Below are positions 14,858-28,278 of a stretch of DNA of 64,000 bases, one piece after another. The DNA is from Mytilus edulis (Eukaryota). Numbering within the stretch: the stretch's first letter is position 1; each line of letters starts with the position of its first letter. A model generated the notes under the pieces. That model did not search any database and was not told where the DNA came from. It was given only the letters and a program-made list of their open reading frames with translations. Location: the NCBI RefSeq assembly GCF_963676685.1, contig NC_092346.1, positions 64,170,001-64,234,000 of the forward strand. Reading direction: 5' to 3'. Both the position numbers and the translations under genes were made by a program.

Positions 14858-15041
14858 CTCTTCTCCTTTTCCATAATACGAAGAAAATAATTCCAAATAT
14901 CAGTAAAACAACAGCTAGTGTACTAAAAACACTAGCCACAACTATAACAGCAACACTTGGTTGTCCACTACACTCCTGACACTGCACTATTCCAAATAAA
15001 AGAATTAAAACTAAAACGTATAAAATATTAAATCTCCACAT
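14858..15041 (-). CDS. First coding exon of an unidentified single-pass (type I) membrane protein: signal peptide, very short ectodomain, TM helix, basic stop-transfer motif
   Basis: ATG at 15041. Translation MWRFNILYVLVLILLFGIVQC-QECSGQPS-VAVIVVASVFSTLAVVLLIFGIIFFVLW-KRRR, then a canonical phase-1 donor G|GTAAGA at 14858/14857. Confidence 0.8.
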
Positions 15042-16079
15042 TTTAAAAAATAAAATCCAACGAAATGAGCAATTCAAAATAAAAAATGAATTTCAACAGA
15101 TAAATCTACATCATATTTCCATGAACAAAAACACCTATATCTATCTCTGTACTCCTTAGCGAGATATGATCATATGTCATTCAAAGTTGTACGGTGAAAC
15201 GAGTTCTTCACGGTCCCGTGAACTGTCTTGTTTACAATCCTCGTAAGTTCATATCAACCCCTTTCTACGTAACAATTATAAGAATTTGACCCGTGGTCAT
15301 AGTCCGCTGAACAAACTAATTAACAACTAATTACAAAGTATTTTGTAGTATACAAGGTAAAAGTTTTTGGCGCTCCCGTTTTGGTTTTCGTTTCATGTTT
15401 TTATCATAAAATTTGTTCTTCTATTTGTTGATATATTATTTAAATAACTGAAATTCCTCCGGTCTCTTCACATGTAAATATTGATCTATATGCTAAGGTA
15501 GATAAACCGCATTCCTTTGAATTTACCTGTCTACAGGTGTAAAACAAACACAAGACTGCGTATGATAGTAGACAAACGGCTTTTTCGCGACACTACGATA
15601 GTTAATCGCAGCTGATTGCTTGAAAGAAACGGCGATTTTTATCAAGAACATATATTTTCTCAATTCAATAAAAAACGTTTTTTATTCTAATATCTTATGC
15701 AAACAAAACGGTCATCTCTTATGTCACTTTTGACTCTCGCTGTCTGTTGCAATTTGATAGAATGGATAACCATAAACAGTAAGTCACGACGAAGGATAGT
15801 TAGTAAACTGTACAGTGACAAAAAGTATATTTACTTACTACTGTAATTAGAAGATTAATTGCATACAGAGAACAATGAAGAAGATTCAGACAAAATTATG
15901 TGTCATGCATGCCATGTATATTTGTAAGTTGTAATATTAAATCGTCAGATCGGATATTACTTCTCATGCACATTATCAAAACTGCAATCTTACTGCACCA
16001 GAAGCGCATTTTGCAAATTAATGTAACTTAAGTAATGATGGAGACCAAAACTATTAATATCTCAGTCTTGTACACTAAC

Positions 16080-16800
16080 TATAGCTCAAAACAATGATAA
16101 AGACATACAAACTGGTCTAGTCAAAATCATGGGTTTTGCAAAAGAATTTGATAAAGTGCTACACAAACGCTTACTAAAATGTAAAAAGATTAAAACAAAC
16201 TATTTATATAAAAGACATACCCGACTATACGTAAAAAAATACAGCCAAAAAAAGACTCTTTGAAAACAACGCGCGCTGCATTATTTAAAGGCCTGTTACA
16301 TGCCGAAACAATTGTGTACAGCTTCAAGAAGACATCAACGCAGCTAAATCAAATATGAGAAATACTGGCTCATGTCATTCCACACGATAACATACAACAA
16401 AGAGTCTCAACAAAGAAAACTGACAAATACATTTCTATTACAACATGCATGGTCATACTCTAATCAAGTCCAATCATCAAAATGTCTAGGCATAACAATT
16501 TCTTCAGATCTCAAATGGAACAAACAAATACAACAGTCAACAGCAAAAGCAAAAGCAAAAGCAAAACAACCCTCTTCATCTATAGGACGAAACATGAACA
16601 TTAACTTAGAACCAGGAGGAAAGAGCTTGTAAAAGCTACAATAAGACCAAAATTATAATATTGCTGCACAGTTTAGAATCCACACACTTCAGAAAATATA
16701 TACAGACTGGAACAAGTGCAAAGAAGATCTGCACGATATACTTGCAAATTTGCAATAGATATCACAACACCAGTAGTGTATCTGAAATGCAAACAGGAGC
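16080..16800 (+). pseudogene. Decayed LINE (CR1/L2-group) RT fragment
   Basis: Frameshifted motifs FAKEFDKVLHKRL, LQEDI, WLMSFH, LGITISSDLKWNKQI, IRPKL, RLEQVQRRSARY. Confidence 0.8.
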
Positions 16801-19800
16801 GGTCGATACAACTCAACCTGGTATAATACAATTAAATTCTTCAGTGAGAAACTAAATTTTGATTTCTCTATTTGCCAAAAATACAGTGCAAATAAATGTA
16901 AGAGGTTGTCTGAAAAATGCCCCAAATAAGTTTTTTTTTTGTTCCGAAGTTATATGGGTGAGGTAACTCCGAAAGAAAACATAGAATGCCGAAGACGGCG
17001 GTGTTGGGTAATACAGCGCACTCACGTACAAACAGCTACTATGACATACATGCAATTTTTATCATTTTTTTCAAATAATAAAAGCAAATCATATATGAAC
17101 AAATATTTCATCTTGACAAAGCTTGTTACATTGTTGTAAGTACTTGTAACAAAAGAATACTTAATGATGCCTATAGTCAAGAAGTTCTAATGGTAATGTC
17201 ACCGCGGAAATTGGGTAACTTGTAGGGTTGTGTAACAAGAGCCTGACTGAATGGCTGCACCAGATCACACAACGAACGATTGCTCTGAATAGCAATGAGA
17301 ACTTTGACACTGAAACTTTGGTGAAAACTAACTCTTGAGACTCTGCAACTAGCAATGAATAAACCAATAATTCATCATGGAATACTAATACCTATATTAA
17401 AGATGGACTTTGTTCAGTGTAAAATCCCGATTCCAAATCATGCTTATCAAAATTATAAACAAGTATCTATAAACCATTGAAATGACACGAATAAACACAA
17501 CAAATAACAATTAATTTGAGTAATATTGTTCACAGACAAGATTAAACTATTTTTAGAACTTGAAGAATAAAGTCAATTTACTAATCTGATTATAATATTC
17601 AAAAACATAAAAAGGTAAAATGTTACTAAATAGCTAACAGATTAAAACATGTCACAAAACTGAGAATAAAATTGCACACCAAAGCATGTCCTGGATATGA
17701 AATGTAAATAGAAACGAAATGATAAAATAAAATGAATTATAAAACAGTCGTATTAAGAATTAAAGTGTCTGAAAAGATTGAACAGAAACTGTTGATAATA
17801 TAAGAAACAAACCTAATGTCCAAAATAAGATATACATAATTTGGTTCGACTTTTTCCACGTTCACAGATTCCTCCAGCCTCGAATGAAACGCAAGGACGC
17901 AAGTATTGTAAAGTTGATAAGTATCTATAAAAAGTTCTTTGGTTTTTGAAACGTCCATTTCTGTAACAGTGACTTGCATTTTGATGGTTCATATGATGAG
18001 TCCTACAAAAACTTATTTGATTTGCCATATCGGCAGATTTGGTCTGTTCGAATTTTAGAGTTGTTCCGAAGTTCATGGTTTTTAGTAGTTTTATTTCCGA
18101 TTTCAAAAGTTTGATATTCACACTTGAAAATTAAGAAATTGTTCTGAACACGAGCTTTAACTTATTTTAAAACTTGCCTTCTAAGGAGATCATGTCGTTC
18201 TACAACTGTAATATCGGCTACTGAACTTTGGTATTACATAATGCAGATCAAGAAAAAACACGATTGGTGATAGTTGTTAAGAGTTCAACTTTAAAAACTT
18301 GTCCAAAGAGGGGACTACTGTATATTCGACAGAGCAGTAATGGCAGTCGTGAGATTCAATGTCTCTGTTATATATGTATATAACATAAGAATAGTTAACA
18401 GGAGTGTTTACAAAAAAAATGTTCCACCACTAAGGCACTTGAGAATGATCACTAAACTTTCTTTCTATTTTGTGGTGTTACACTGATATTTCAGGTTAGG
18501 GTGAAGGTTGGCGCCTGTTAAAACGTTAAAACCCGCTGCATTTGGTTGCATCTGTCCTAAGTCAAGAACCTGTTGTTTCGTGGCTTTCGTTTTTTTATAT
18601 AGATTAAAGTAAAACCGTTGATTTTCCTGTTTGAGTGATTTTCCACTAGTCATTATTGGGCTCTTTATAGCTTGCTGTTCGGTGTGATTCACTCAAGGCT
18701 CCATGTTGAAGGCCGTTTTTGACTTATAATGGTTTACTTTTACAAATTGTGACTTGGTTGAGGCAAATTCAAGTTAGAGAATGGAAACTAAAAATTCATC
18801 AATTGTAAAGGGGCATTCACAAAACCAAATTAATGTCACTTTGACAGTAAAACTTACTGTTGCAAAAGATGAAAAGATACCGAGGGAGCAATCAAACACG
18901 ATACCGGGTACGCCAAGCACCATACAAACAACACAATGACCAAACGAAAGAAAAAAACCAACAAAAAAAAAGACCCCACCAAAACATTGAAGGAAATAAG
19001 TTATCCAAAGGGATCAGTATATGTAACTTTTATTTATTTTTTTTCATCAAAAAGAGGGTTGAAGGTTATTTGTTCATATTTCTTATTGTGACACAGGAGA
19101 AAAATCACAGTACAATACAAAACCCCTCTTAAAACAATAAATGAAATTGAGTGGAACTTGCAGAGGTTGATGGTTATGAAGCTATTTCTAAGTAAGCGCT
19201 TGAACAAAATAAAGTTTGGCTTCAGCTGATCTCCAGAATCAATTTCGCTATAGATCTATTCTTAACCAGAATCTGAACGATTTTGAAGATTACCACTTCA
19301 AGGATACTCCCAACTAATGGCACAAAAGATATCACATGGACTATTTCAGACTGTTTACATTGATTGACTGTTGCTTGCATTTATCCAGAGAAAAAGACAC
19401 ATTGAAGACGAAAACAAAACAACAACGACCGGCATATAGAGCAATTTGTACTGCCAATAGCAAATATAATATGTTTTCGATATGCCTTTCAATGGTAAAC
19501 CTATGGACCCGTCAGAGGTGCACGGGTTTTAAACGTGCATGCACTCTGCACGGATCACAGGATTCAAAATGACCTCATTCCTACAGGACGTGACTGCACA
19601 TTCATACATCCTGGACAGCCAATCAGACATCCCATTCTAGCGAGGGATTAACTGCAGGACGGGAGAAGTTAAAGGATGATTTGTTTTTATTTCACCTTTG
19701 GGGTCTAAGTTGTATGACATAATTAGATATTTAAGTATTACATCGAGTTGTAAGAGTCCTTATTAACATCTATACCTACTATTTGCCGTTTTATAGCGGG

Positions 19801-20584
19801 CTAAACCTCTCACTTGTAAGACAGGCGCATCAAATTCCATTATATTGACAACGATGTGTGAACAAAACAAAGAGACATAATAGGTAAAAATGTCAAAAAT
19901 AGGGGTACAGCAGTCAACAGCGTGTTATTGATATAATCACTATAAAAACAAAAAAATATTGATAACAAAGAAGCGCAAAAAGGCATATAGATACAAACTA
20001 ATTATTAAAAATGAAAGACACGAATACAAAATTTGTCATAGAACAATAACACAATGACAGGATTTCTAAGTACAGAACCACGTCGTATGCAGCAAGAAAC
20101 ACAAAAAGGCATATAGACAAAGGCCATTAGCAAAAAATGAAAGACACGAATACAAAAAAAAATATATTAGAACAATAACATAATGAGGGATAAATAAGTA
20201 CCGAGTCACGTCTAATGGATATCATAAAAACAGACTTGACAGTAAAAGTAATATTCATAAAGACAAATAAAAGAATAATATAACACGTTATTTTTAAGAC
20301 GACGAATGCAACGTCAGTACCCCGAATCTATACTTCAAGACCATCGTGTATTATATGTGAAGTTGATACGGAGTATTATCAACAATTAAGGTCTTGATGC
20401 CTTCCGACAAACTTATTTATGAAAAGGACGAGACGTTCTTTGACAAACCCCTGGTTCATCAACTTTCTGCTCAGACATTAGTGGCGTTTTACAAAAACTG
20501 AGTAGGAGCTGCAAGCTCTTGAATACCGAATAAGCTGTGACATGTATAGCCCTTATGCAGGTGAAGTTGGTATATTGCTACTAA

Positions 20585-20812
20585 GGGACGACATCAAAAG
20601 TTCAATGAAGGATAAAAAACTCAGTTCACATATTTTTTTTCACTGACCCCCACACCCCCTCTTCACTTAATTTGGGGAAAATTGATTGACCAATAGGGAT
20701 ATATGTAAAATCGATTTTAGATTAACAAAACTTGCAGCAATGTTGACCCCCACCCCAAAACTATTTGATTTAAGTTTTTTTTTATCCTACATCGATCTTT
20801 TGATGTCGTCCC
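20585..20812. mobile_element. PIF/Harbinger-like MITE, TSD TAA
   Basis: Perfect TIR GGGACGACATCAAAAG with TAA on both sides; excision restores NFPNLSS in the Penelope RT. Confidence 0.88.
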
Positions 20813-21461
20813 TAAGGTTGGGGAAATTGATAATTTCAAAATTAAAATCGTCTCGTTTGTCATAGATTCTTGTACTGAGGTGACTGTGTAAGTCAAATTC
20901 GTGGTACAAGTCTAAAAATAAAGCGGAAGGAGTCGTATCTGTTTTTTCTTTAATTCCTGTTTCGGGGAATATATTAATGAAACCTACTCAGTTCGGATTG
21001 TTAATTAAAAGAACATCATCAAGATATCTGAATGTGAAATTTAACAACCTGGCTTCTTTGATCTTATTGTTTTTGACAAGTGTCTGAAGGAACTTTTCAT
21101 ATGAAAACAAGGAGAGGTCGATAAGGAGAGGTGCACGGTTGGTTCCCATAGGAATGCCGACAATTTGTTGAAAAAGTCTACCCCCAAATTCAACAGATAT
21201 ATTGTCAATAAGAAACGCATACTAATCACTTGTTCCTCTGTGTAGCATGTCTTACCTTTTTGTACACTATTAACAAAATATGCCGTATGGTATCTTAAAG
21301 TAATATACCTATTGCGTATGCTACCATTTTTGTGTTGTGGATTATTTCTTTTGGACGATTTTTCAATTTTATATGGGGAATAGTGGTATACGGGGTTGAA
21401 AAATTAAAGGTTTTGATCAAACTAATTTCAGAGTATTTAATTATCCAGAAGTACTCAGTTA

Positions 21462-21655
21462 AGATATAAAAAAGAAGATGTGGTATGATTGCCAATGAGA
21501 CAACTCTCCACAAGAGACCAAAATGACACAGAAATCAAAAACTATAGGTCACCGAACGGCCTTCAACAATGAGCAATGTCCATACTGCAAAGTCAGCTAT
21601 AAAAGGCCCTGAAATAACAATGTAAAACAATTATAACGGCCTAATTTTTGTTTGA
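21462..21655. repeat. Highly abundant interspersed repeat (AAGAAGATGTGGTATGATTGCCAATGAGACAACT family)
   Basis: Further copies at ~845-905, 6090-6540, 18470-18760, 24430-24540, 25680-25850, 26930-27080, 32700-32870, 58235-58410, 59075-59220 and 60800-61270. Class not determined. Confidence 0.85.
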
Positions 21656-24059
21656 ATTCACAAATAGTTAATACAACTACGCGAGTAAACAGTTTCACAG
21701 TACTTATGAAGACCTTCTTTCACTGCGGACAGAATGTGTGTCAATCTAATGGACATTTTTTTAGTTGAACATGCAGATGAGACGGCAATGTAACAATGTT
21801 TACTTTGTACGGAATCTTGTGAAGCCTTGGTATCCAATACAAACAATGAAACGGTCCTCCGATTTGTTATTCAATGTAATGTTCACTGAAGCCATGACGG
21901 ACTTATGATTCGTCAAAAACTCATCCTTGTCAAATGATATGTTTTTGTATTTGGGGTTACCTGGGTCACGGTGCTCATTTATCCCTAATTCTTTTACAAG
22001 ACAATCGTGTAATACGATTATTTGAAGCTTTGTCCGCAGTAACAACAACATATTTATCATGAAGAGATGATAGACATTTCACAGCCTCTTTGTCCCTGGA
22101 AACAGACTTTGGTCGATTATTCACACAGTTTTTCAACTTATGAATGTGACGTTTTATCTGAGACCTGATTTTTTTTTACCCATTCTGTAGTCAAAGGAGA
22201 ATAAAGCATGAACGATTTATGTACCACTATCACAACATTTTACGTTATAAGGTTATTTATTGACAATTAGACGAAAGGGTTATGAATGACATAATGTCGT
22301 TGAGTTGCTGTCTGTACCAATGCCTCTGTTTATTCAAAATCTATTCAAAAGAAAAATCGTGACGAAAATATGTGTTGTGAAAATGAACGGACGGACGAGG
22401 CCACGATTGCAGTATACTAGTAGCTTCCACTCTTATAGTGCCAATCAACAATAATGCAAGACTTTCCCTCAACGCCGATGTAGTTATTCCCCTTTGATTA
22501 CTGATCAGACTTTTATAGTGTTGAACCAACATGTTAATTACTATATTTTGGACCCAAAAGGATAAATGCTTGCTATTCCTGCGGTGAATACCAGCTGGTA
22601 ATACCCATGACGATGAAAAACAGATAATTTGAACTTTGGAAGAAAAAACCCACTAAAAGACCGACACGCACACGCAAGGCTCTATATACATGCAAAACTT
22701 CTTTTAAATAGAAAGGACGAATGTTTTAGCAATACAAATCCTTATTTGTGGTCAAAAAAGAACTATGATAGATAACTTTAGCTTGCAAAAATGAAACTAA
22801 AAGATTTCTAGGACGAACCGATTGTGGATATATTTGAAAGCAGCCCAGTATAGATCAGTATAGCCGTAACACAGATGGAAATGATTACTGAAGAAAGGTC
22901 AAACTATCAGATTTCTTTTAGTGATCCCAAAAACTGTTGTCAAACCTAAAAAGTTTCAGTTGTCTTGATTCTGGCCTTTTGATGCAGAATCTTAGTTTTA
23001 ATTCTACTTTTACAACTACATTTTCTCCGTTTTTACAGTTAATTTTTATATGTTCTATATAAAATTAATGCAATCTACCATAAATATTATTTGATTATTA
23101 TTCTTGTGATAGTTATAATATGATAACACAAATCAACAGTTTACAGCACACTCATACACACGTGCGTTCTCAATGAACTTCCGTGCTTAACTTCAAAATG
23201 ATCTTTTCAATACTGAATATTCACACAATGTTACCAGATGATTCAAAAATCATTAATTTATTCCAATTCAAAATGGCGATATTTACATAACACATATTGG
23301 AATAAATATTAGATGAATTCTATAACTGCAAATACACCAAACCGATCAGTCATTAGCGACCAATACTAATACTAAACACGCTTAGCAAAAAAAATACAAA
23401 CAAATATTATACATCAGAGGATATTATTAGATATGCGTAAGTAGACTTAGAAGCAGACGATATCAAATCTGCTAAAGATTGATCGATCCTCTGTTCAGTC
23501 AGTGGTAGCGAGATTCCTTTACTTTAAGAAGAATGGCTCTAAAAGACATAATTAGCGACCAGAACAGTGTGCGGAGTGTTCTTTGAAAATGGTCGGTATA
23601 AGTACTTTATGTTGTTTTTTCTGGACGGATTAATGTACCATTTATTTTATAGTATGCTGCGGGAAAACCCATGTACATATAAACAACAGCTGATTATCAT
23701 TTTCTGAAGCTTTAATGAGGTCTAATTAATCTCACTGATCACCGGAAGTTATTGAATTGCAAGGATGTGATGGAAATAAGCAGACGAGAACTTGTTCCGA
23801 GGATTTACATAATAAAAATGCAAAATCTAAACACTCTAACAAGATGAGAAAAATTAACTTTAAAGGATGTAAAATGAAGTTACAACGAAAAATATCCACA
23901 AATAATTTTTGGAGAGTTGAGTGGAATATTGTTTAGTTTACCCCTTCAGTATTATATAGTTTTTGTGACATATGTTTCTATGAAATGTGATTTAAAAAGA
24001 ATCTTAAAAGAGTTGCGAGATCTTGGAGATATATTGCTGTATTGGCATAATGATTATTG

Positions 24060-24206
24060 ATGTGTAGTTTAGTTCTGCATAAGGATATGGCTCTAACGCC
24101 AAGATATAAGCAAAGAACTGAATCTTTGCCTAATGCATTACATGTTATGTTCGGAAATGGCCAAATCAACCCAGAAGACAATCCAAATCATTTGGTATAC
24201 AAAAAG
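24060..24206 (+). CDS. RGS7: R7-family regulator of G-protein signalling, coding exon 1 (start at ATG 24060, 24087 or 24147)
   Basis: Ends ...MFGNGQINPEDNPNHLVYKK, resembling the RGS7/RGS6 N-terminus (ESPNMLVYRK). Phase-0 donor AAG|GTAAGA; in-frame stop upstream at 24051. Confidence 0.85.
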
Positions 24207-26992
24207 GTAAGAGGGAGATGTTATATAGCGATTAAATGCTAATTTTGAAGAAAAAAACTGTGATTTCCAAACCAGACACCGTACGTGCCTCGCTTGACGT
24301 TACGTTGAGCACTATGCTGAATTAAATGTATAGAAAGGTACTGTCTTGTGCTCTTTAATCAGATTTGGCACAGTAAATTATACAAATATTCGAATTTTCT
24401 TATTTCATATCATGGCATTATTATTGCTGAAGACCGTATGCGACCTTACTTTGACCTATAATGGTTTACTTTTATAAATTGTGACATGGATGGAGAGTTG
24501 TCTTTTTGGCTCTCATACCACATCTTCTTATATCTATATAACGTAATTTAAAGGAGTATTAGAAACATCATCTGTAATTTTAAACATCAAATGGTTCAAC
24601 TGCTGTCGAATTTCTTTGATTGTTATAGGTTATAATCCCAGGCTTAGCCTTTAAAAGTACTCGCACACTCATTGCAAGATGGAACCATTGGACAGACACA
24701 ATTTAATATATATAATTCGTTGATTGCAAGCATCGAAAGACCAAAGTTAAGACCTTTTGACAAAATTTTGACAGTTTGTGTGATTTACTGTCTTACACTG
24801 TCCGGCGAGTCCGATCGCACATCATTATATCGATAATAACTATTGATATATTCAACTAGGTCAAACTATGTATCAATATTGTGCATTTAAAGGCATATTA
24901 AAATCAATTTGCACATTCATGGCATACGCATATACGTAGGTTCATATCTATGCGAGTGTAAGACAGAATGCACGATTTTACTCCATAAGAGTGTTAATAT
25001 TATGTACCTGATGATTTTGCCTTTTTACTTGCTTAGGCATTGTAGGTACGCACTGTAATGGATGTATTGCTATTTGATATATACATTGCTTACTCAAGAA
25101 TTTCCCAGGACACTGATATTGATAGTTAACTCGATACCTACTATTCTCTAGTACCATTTAAACGATTATCATCTTAAATTCCGTCACCACACAAGAGTTG
25201 ACTGTGGTATATATGTTTAGAAATATTGTTATCCATTGCTCTTCTTCCTACCGACAGTAATACCCTTGCCACGTTCTCTACACGTTAAGAACCATAGGTG
25301 ACCTGTTGTAAGTCTTAATTGCTTTCCATATTCAAAATGTCCTTATTTCCCAGTGGCAGCTCAGCTTTCCCTTCCTTCACTCAGTCGATAACATGTTGCA
25401 GTACCTACCCTTTGCATGTTTTTTTTTAACTTTGTTTTCGTCTTGGAAGAAGCCTGAAATATTTGCCAATGAACGTAAAGCAAACACTAAACAACCAACC
25501 GCGAATCGACCACAAAGTTGATTGACAGGTTCTAGTCATACTTCTCAAAATGTTGATGTATTTTTTGACACCCAATATGACATTGGATTTATTATTCAAG
25601 GCTTAGTAGATCTCTTGTGGTCCTACCGTTCTCAACCATTTTCTTGGAACAAATAAAGTTATATCATAGTTTTAACATAACATAGGCTGTTGTTTTTCTC
25701 GTTTTAATTATTGCAGACTGTTTCATGTCTATATGCTTGATAGGGCTTTTTGTTCATTGCTTAGAGTTATACGATGACCTATTGTTCCTTACATCTTTTT
25801 GGAGATAGTTATCTCGTTTACAATCAATTCACATCTTTTTATGTTTTACATTTAATATAAAATTGGATCGTACGTGCGCATGGTGAGGTATAAATTTCAG
25901 CACATTCATATAAACTTTCAATTTCAAAGTCCATACATATTCTCCCTCGCCTTGCTCCTCTGAATGTTAAGTACATCTACTCTTAATTCAATTGGCTATA
26001 GACAATCATTATTGTGTTTTTGGTTTTAGTGTGGTGTTCATTTTGCTGAACTATGGTATACATTATTGTTTAGGTGCCAGCTGAAGTCCGTCTCCGAGTG
26101 TGAGAGTTTTCTCGCTGCGTTGAACACACATTAGTAGCCTTGTGCTGTTGTTAGGTCTTTGGACGGGTTGTTGTCTCTTTGACATGTTCCTTCATTCTCT
26201 ATTCTATTCACCTCATAGATAATTTGTGTAGATGCTTAGCGATTTCTATTACCATATTTACAATTGGATTGATTATCATTTGTTGGGTACAAAGATTCGT
26301 TGATTTCATGGGTTAGGGTAAAACAAGAATGTAAATGTCCAACAAGATCAAGTTTCTTTAGTCATGTTTACCATGTTTACTGTCTGTGTCAAAACCACGA
26401 AACAAAGTGTTCAGGAAAATACACTCAATTTTTCATCAGTCCACAAAATTGGAACAAACGAAAATAGAATGTACAGTACATGATCATGATGATTAATGCT
26501 GAAGTTCTTATTTAGAAAGTAATTAATATTGTAAGTTAACTCGTGCATAAAGTTGGTGATATGGAACTGAACTTTCTTTTTTTCCGTATAGAAAATTTAA
26601 ATTAATATTGATGCTGTATTTTATTTTAATTTTGTAATTTCAGTGTTTTCCAATTTCATAGTCTTAACTTCCCCTTCCAGCCTATATATGCATGTATATA
26701 CGACATACATGCATATAGTTCCTTGTTTCCAGCAAATATTTTTATACATTTACATGGGTTATCACATTGCATTTACACTGACTTCTTCATAAAGCGGAAA
26801 GGGGATCAATTTATATATTGATATATAGTTAAATGAAAAACAGAATATAAATGGATTTAGGTTACGTCACGTTTGTTTGTGTAGTTTCTTATAAATATCA
26901 CTAGGTACACTAAGTGGGCTAAGCCACAGTACGGTGACCTATAACCATGCTAGGTGTTAAAAAAACTTGTACGTCATTTTGGTCACTAGAAA

Positions 26993-27032
26993 CAGGGACT
27001 TTCTATACTATACTTAGTATAGAAAGTCCCTG
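26993..27032. mobile_element. 40-bp perfect hairpin insertion with hAT-like CAGGG termini
   Basis: CAGGGACTTTCTATACTA-tact-TAGTATAGAAAGTCCCTG flanked by CTAGAA(A)/CTAGAA(GA), inside a copy of the abundant repeat. Confidence 0.7.
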
Positions 27033-27504
27033 CTAGAAGAGAGTTGTCTCATTGACAATCATACCACATCTTCTTATTTGTGTATGTCATATATGTAACA
27101 TTCAACTTTGGCCTGTTGAACCATATCTGAAAATCGAAAAAATAATGCATTTATCTTTTTTTGAATTTTTTGAAATATTAATTTTCTTTCTTCAAAATCA
27201 GGTTGATATGTTGTTGGTACATAATATTTCGTTTGCTTGATAAAAAAATAATAAGGTGACCAAGAGAGCAGGGAATACAGAAATTGTCATTAGAAAAAAA
27301 CCGAGCATTTATGAACTTTTATATATGAATGTTTCTGTTTTCCAAAAGGAAGATCTAGCTGTGTTTATGCCTCTATACTTTGGCTCTTCTATATGTTGTC
27401 TAAAGCCGTTTTCTATACCTTTACTGTCACATAATCGCAAGGGGTTCACATTTTTGTGCTGGAAATAAATCTATTTTCATTGTTTAGCTTATTTCTTACC
27501 ATAT

Positions 27505-27890
27505 AACCACCGTAACGGTCTCGTGTAAGTGCTAATATCGAGTGCAGAAGGTCATGGGTTCAACATGTTCAAGCCAAATCAGGTCAAACCAAAGACATGG
27601 AATTGCCATTTGATTTTTCTCTGTAAAACACGTTGCATTTAAACATAGTAAGACTTAGAGCAAGGACGGGTTGGCTCGGTGTCAGAAAAAATGTGTACGG
27701 TTAGGGTGACAATCATGTCTTCATGCGACCTTTAACTGTTTAACCTTGTGAATTTAAGTACAAATCCATTTTAGCTTGTTGGTTAGAAGTACAACAACGC
27801 ATGATTGGTTCATATTCATAGCGCATTGACATGTTCTCGGAATACTGATACATGTAATACTTGCCCATGGATGTTTAACATCAATCTATA
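27505..27890 (+). mobile_element. Degenerate SINE of a second family
   Basis: tRNA-like head (GGGTTCAA), GGTCAAACCAAAGAC body, tail GATGTTTAACATCAATC. Confidence 0.5.
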
Positions 27891-28076
27891 ATAATCATCT
27901 CACCCGATGATATGCATCATTAATGGGACACAATGTTAACCCCATTTGTTCACCGGTTTCGTGGATATTTTGCTGTAGAAAATTGATATTGCATATCTAG
28001 TTCTGCTTGCGATGATATTTTTTTTAAAGGCATGCCTTTTTTTAAATGTCACCAAAATTTTTAGAGCTGTCTGGTC

Positions 28077-28240
28077 CAGTGGCGGATCTAGAAATTTTCA
28101 TAAGTGGGGGCCCACTGGCTGCCTCAGAGGGGGCCCGCTCCCGTCACGCTTCAGTGATTCCCTATATAATCAACCAAAATGTTTGCTCAAAAGGGGGACC
28201 GGGCCCCCTACCCCTCCTACATGCCCTAAATCCGCCTCTG
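28077..28240. mobile_element. hAT-like MITE (2711 family, opposite orientation), TSD TGGTC/TGGTA
   Basis: CAGTGGCGGATCTA...TAAATCCGCCTCTG; internal similarity to 2711-2870. Confidence 0.8.
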
Positions 28241-28278
28241 TGGTATCTTTCGATGATGAATCTACTCAACTTCAAGGA

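Larger units (their letters stand above)
19790..22190 (-). mobile_element. Decayed Penelope-like retroelement (RT pseudogene ~20330-22190)
   Basis: Minus-strand motifs IKTFNFSTPYTTIPH, QQIVGIPMGTN, RYLDDVL, DKRDDFNFEIINFPNLSSNIP, SQLIRYSRAC. Interrupted at 20585-20812 and ~21462-21655. Confidence 0.85.
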
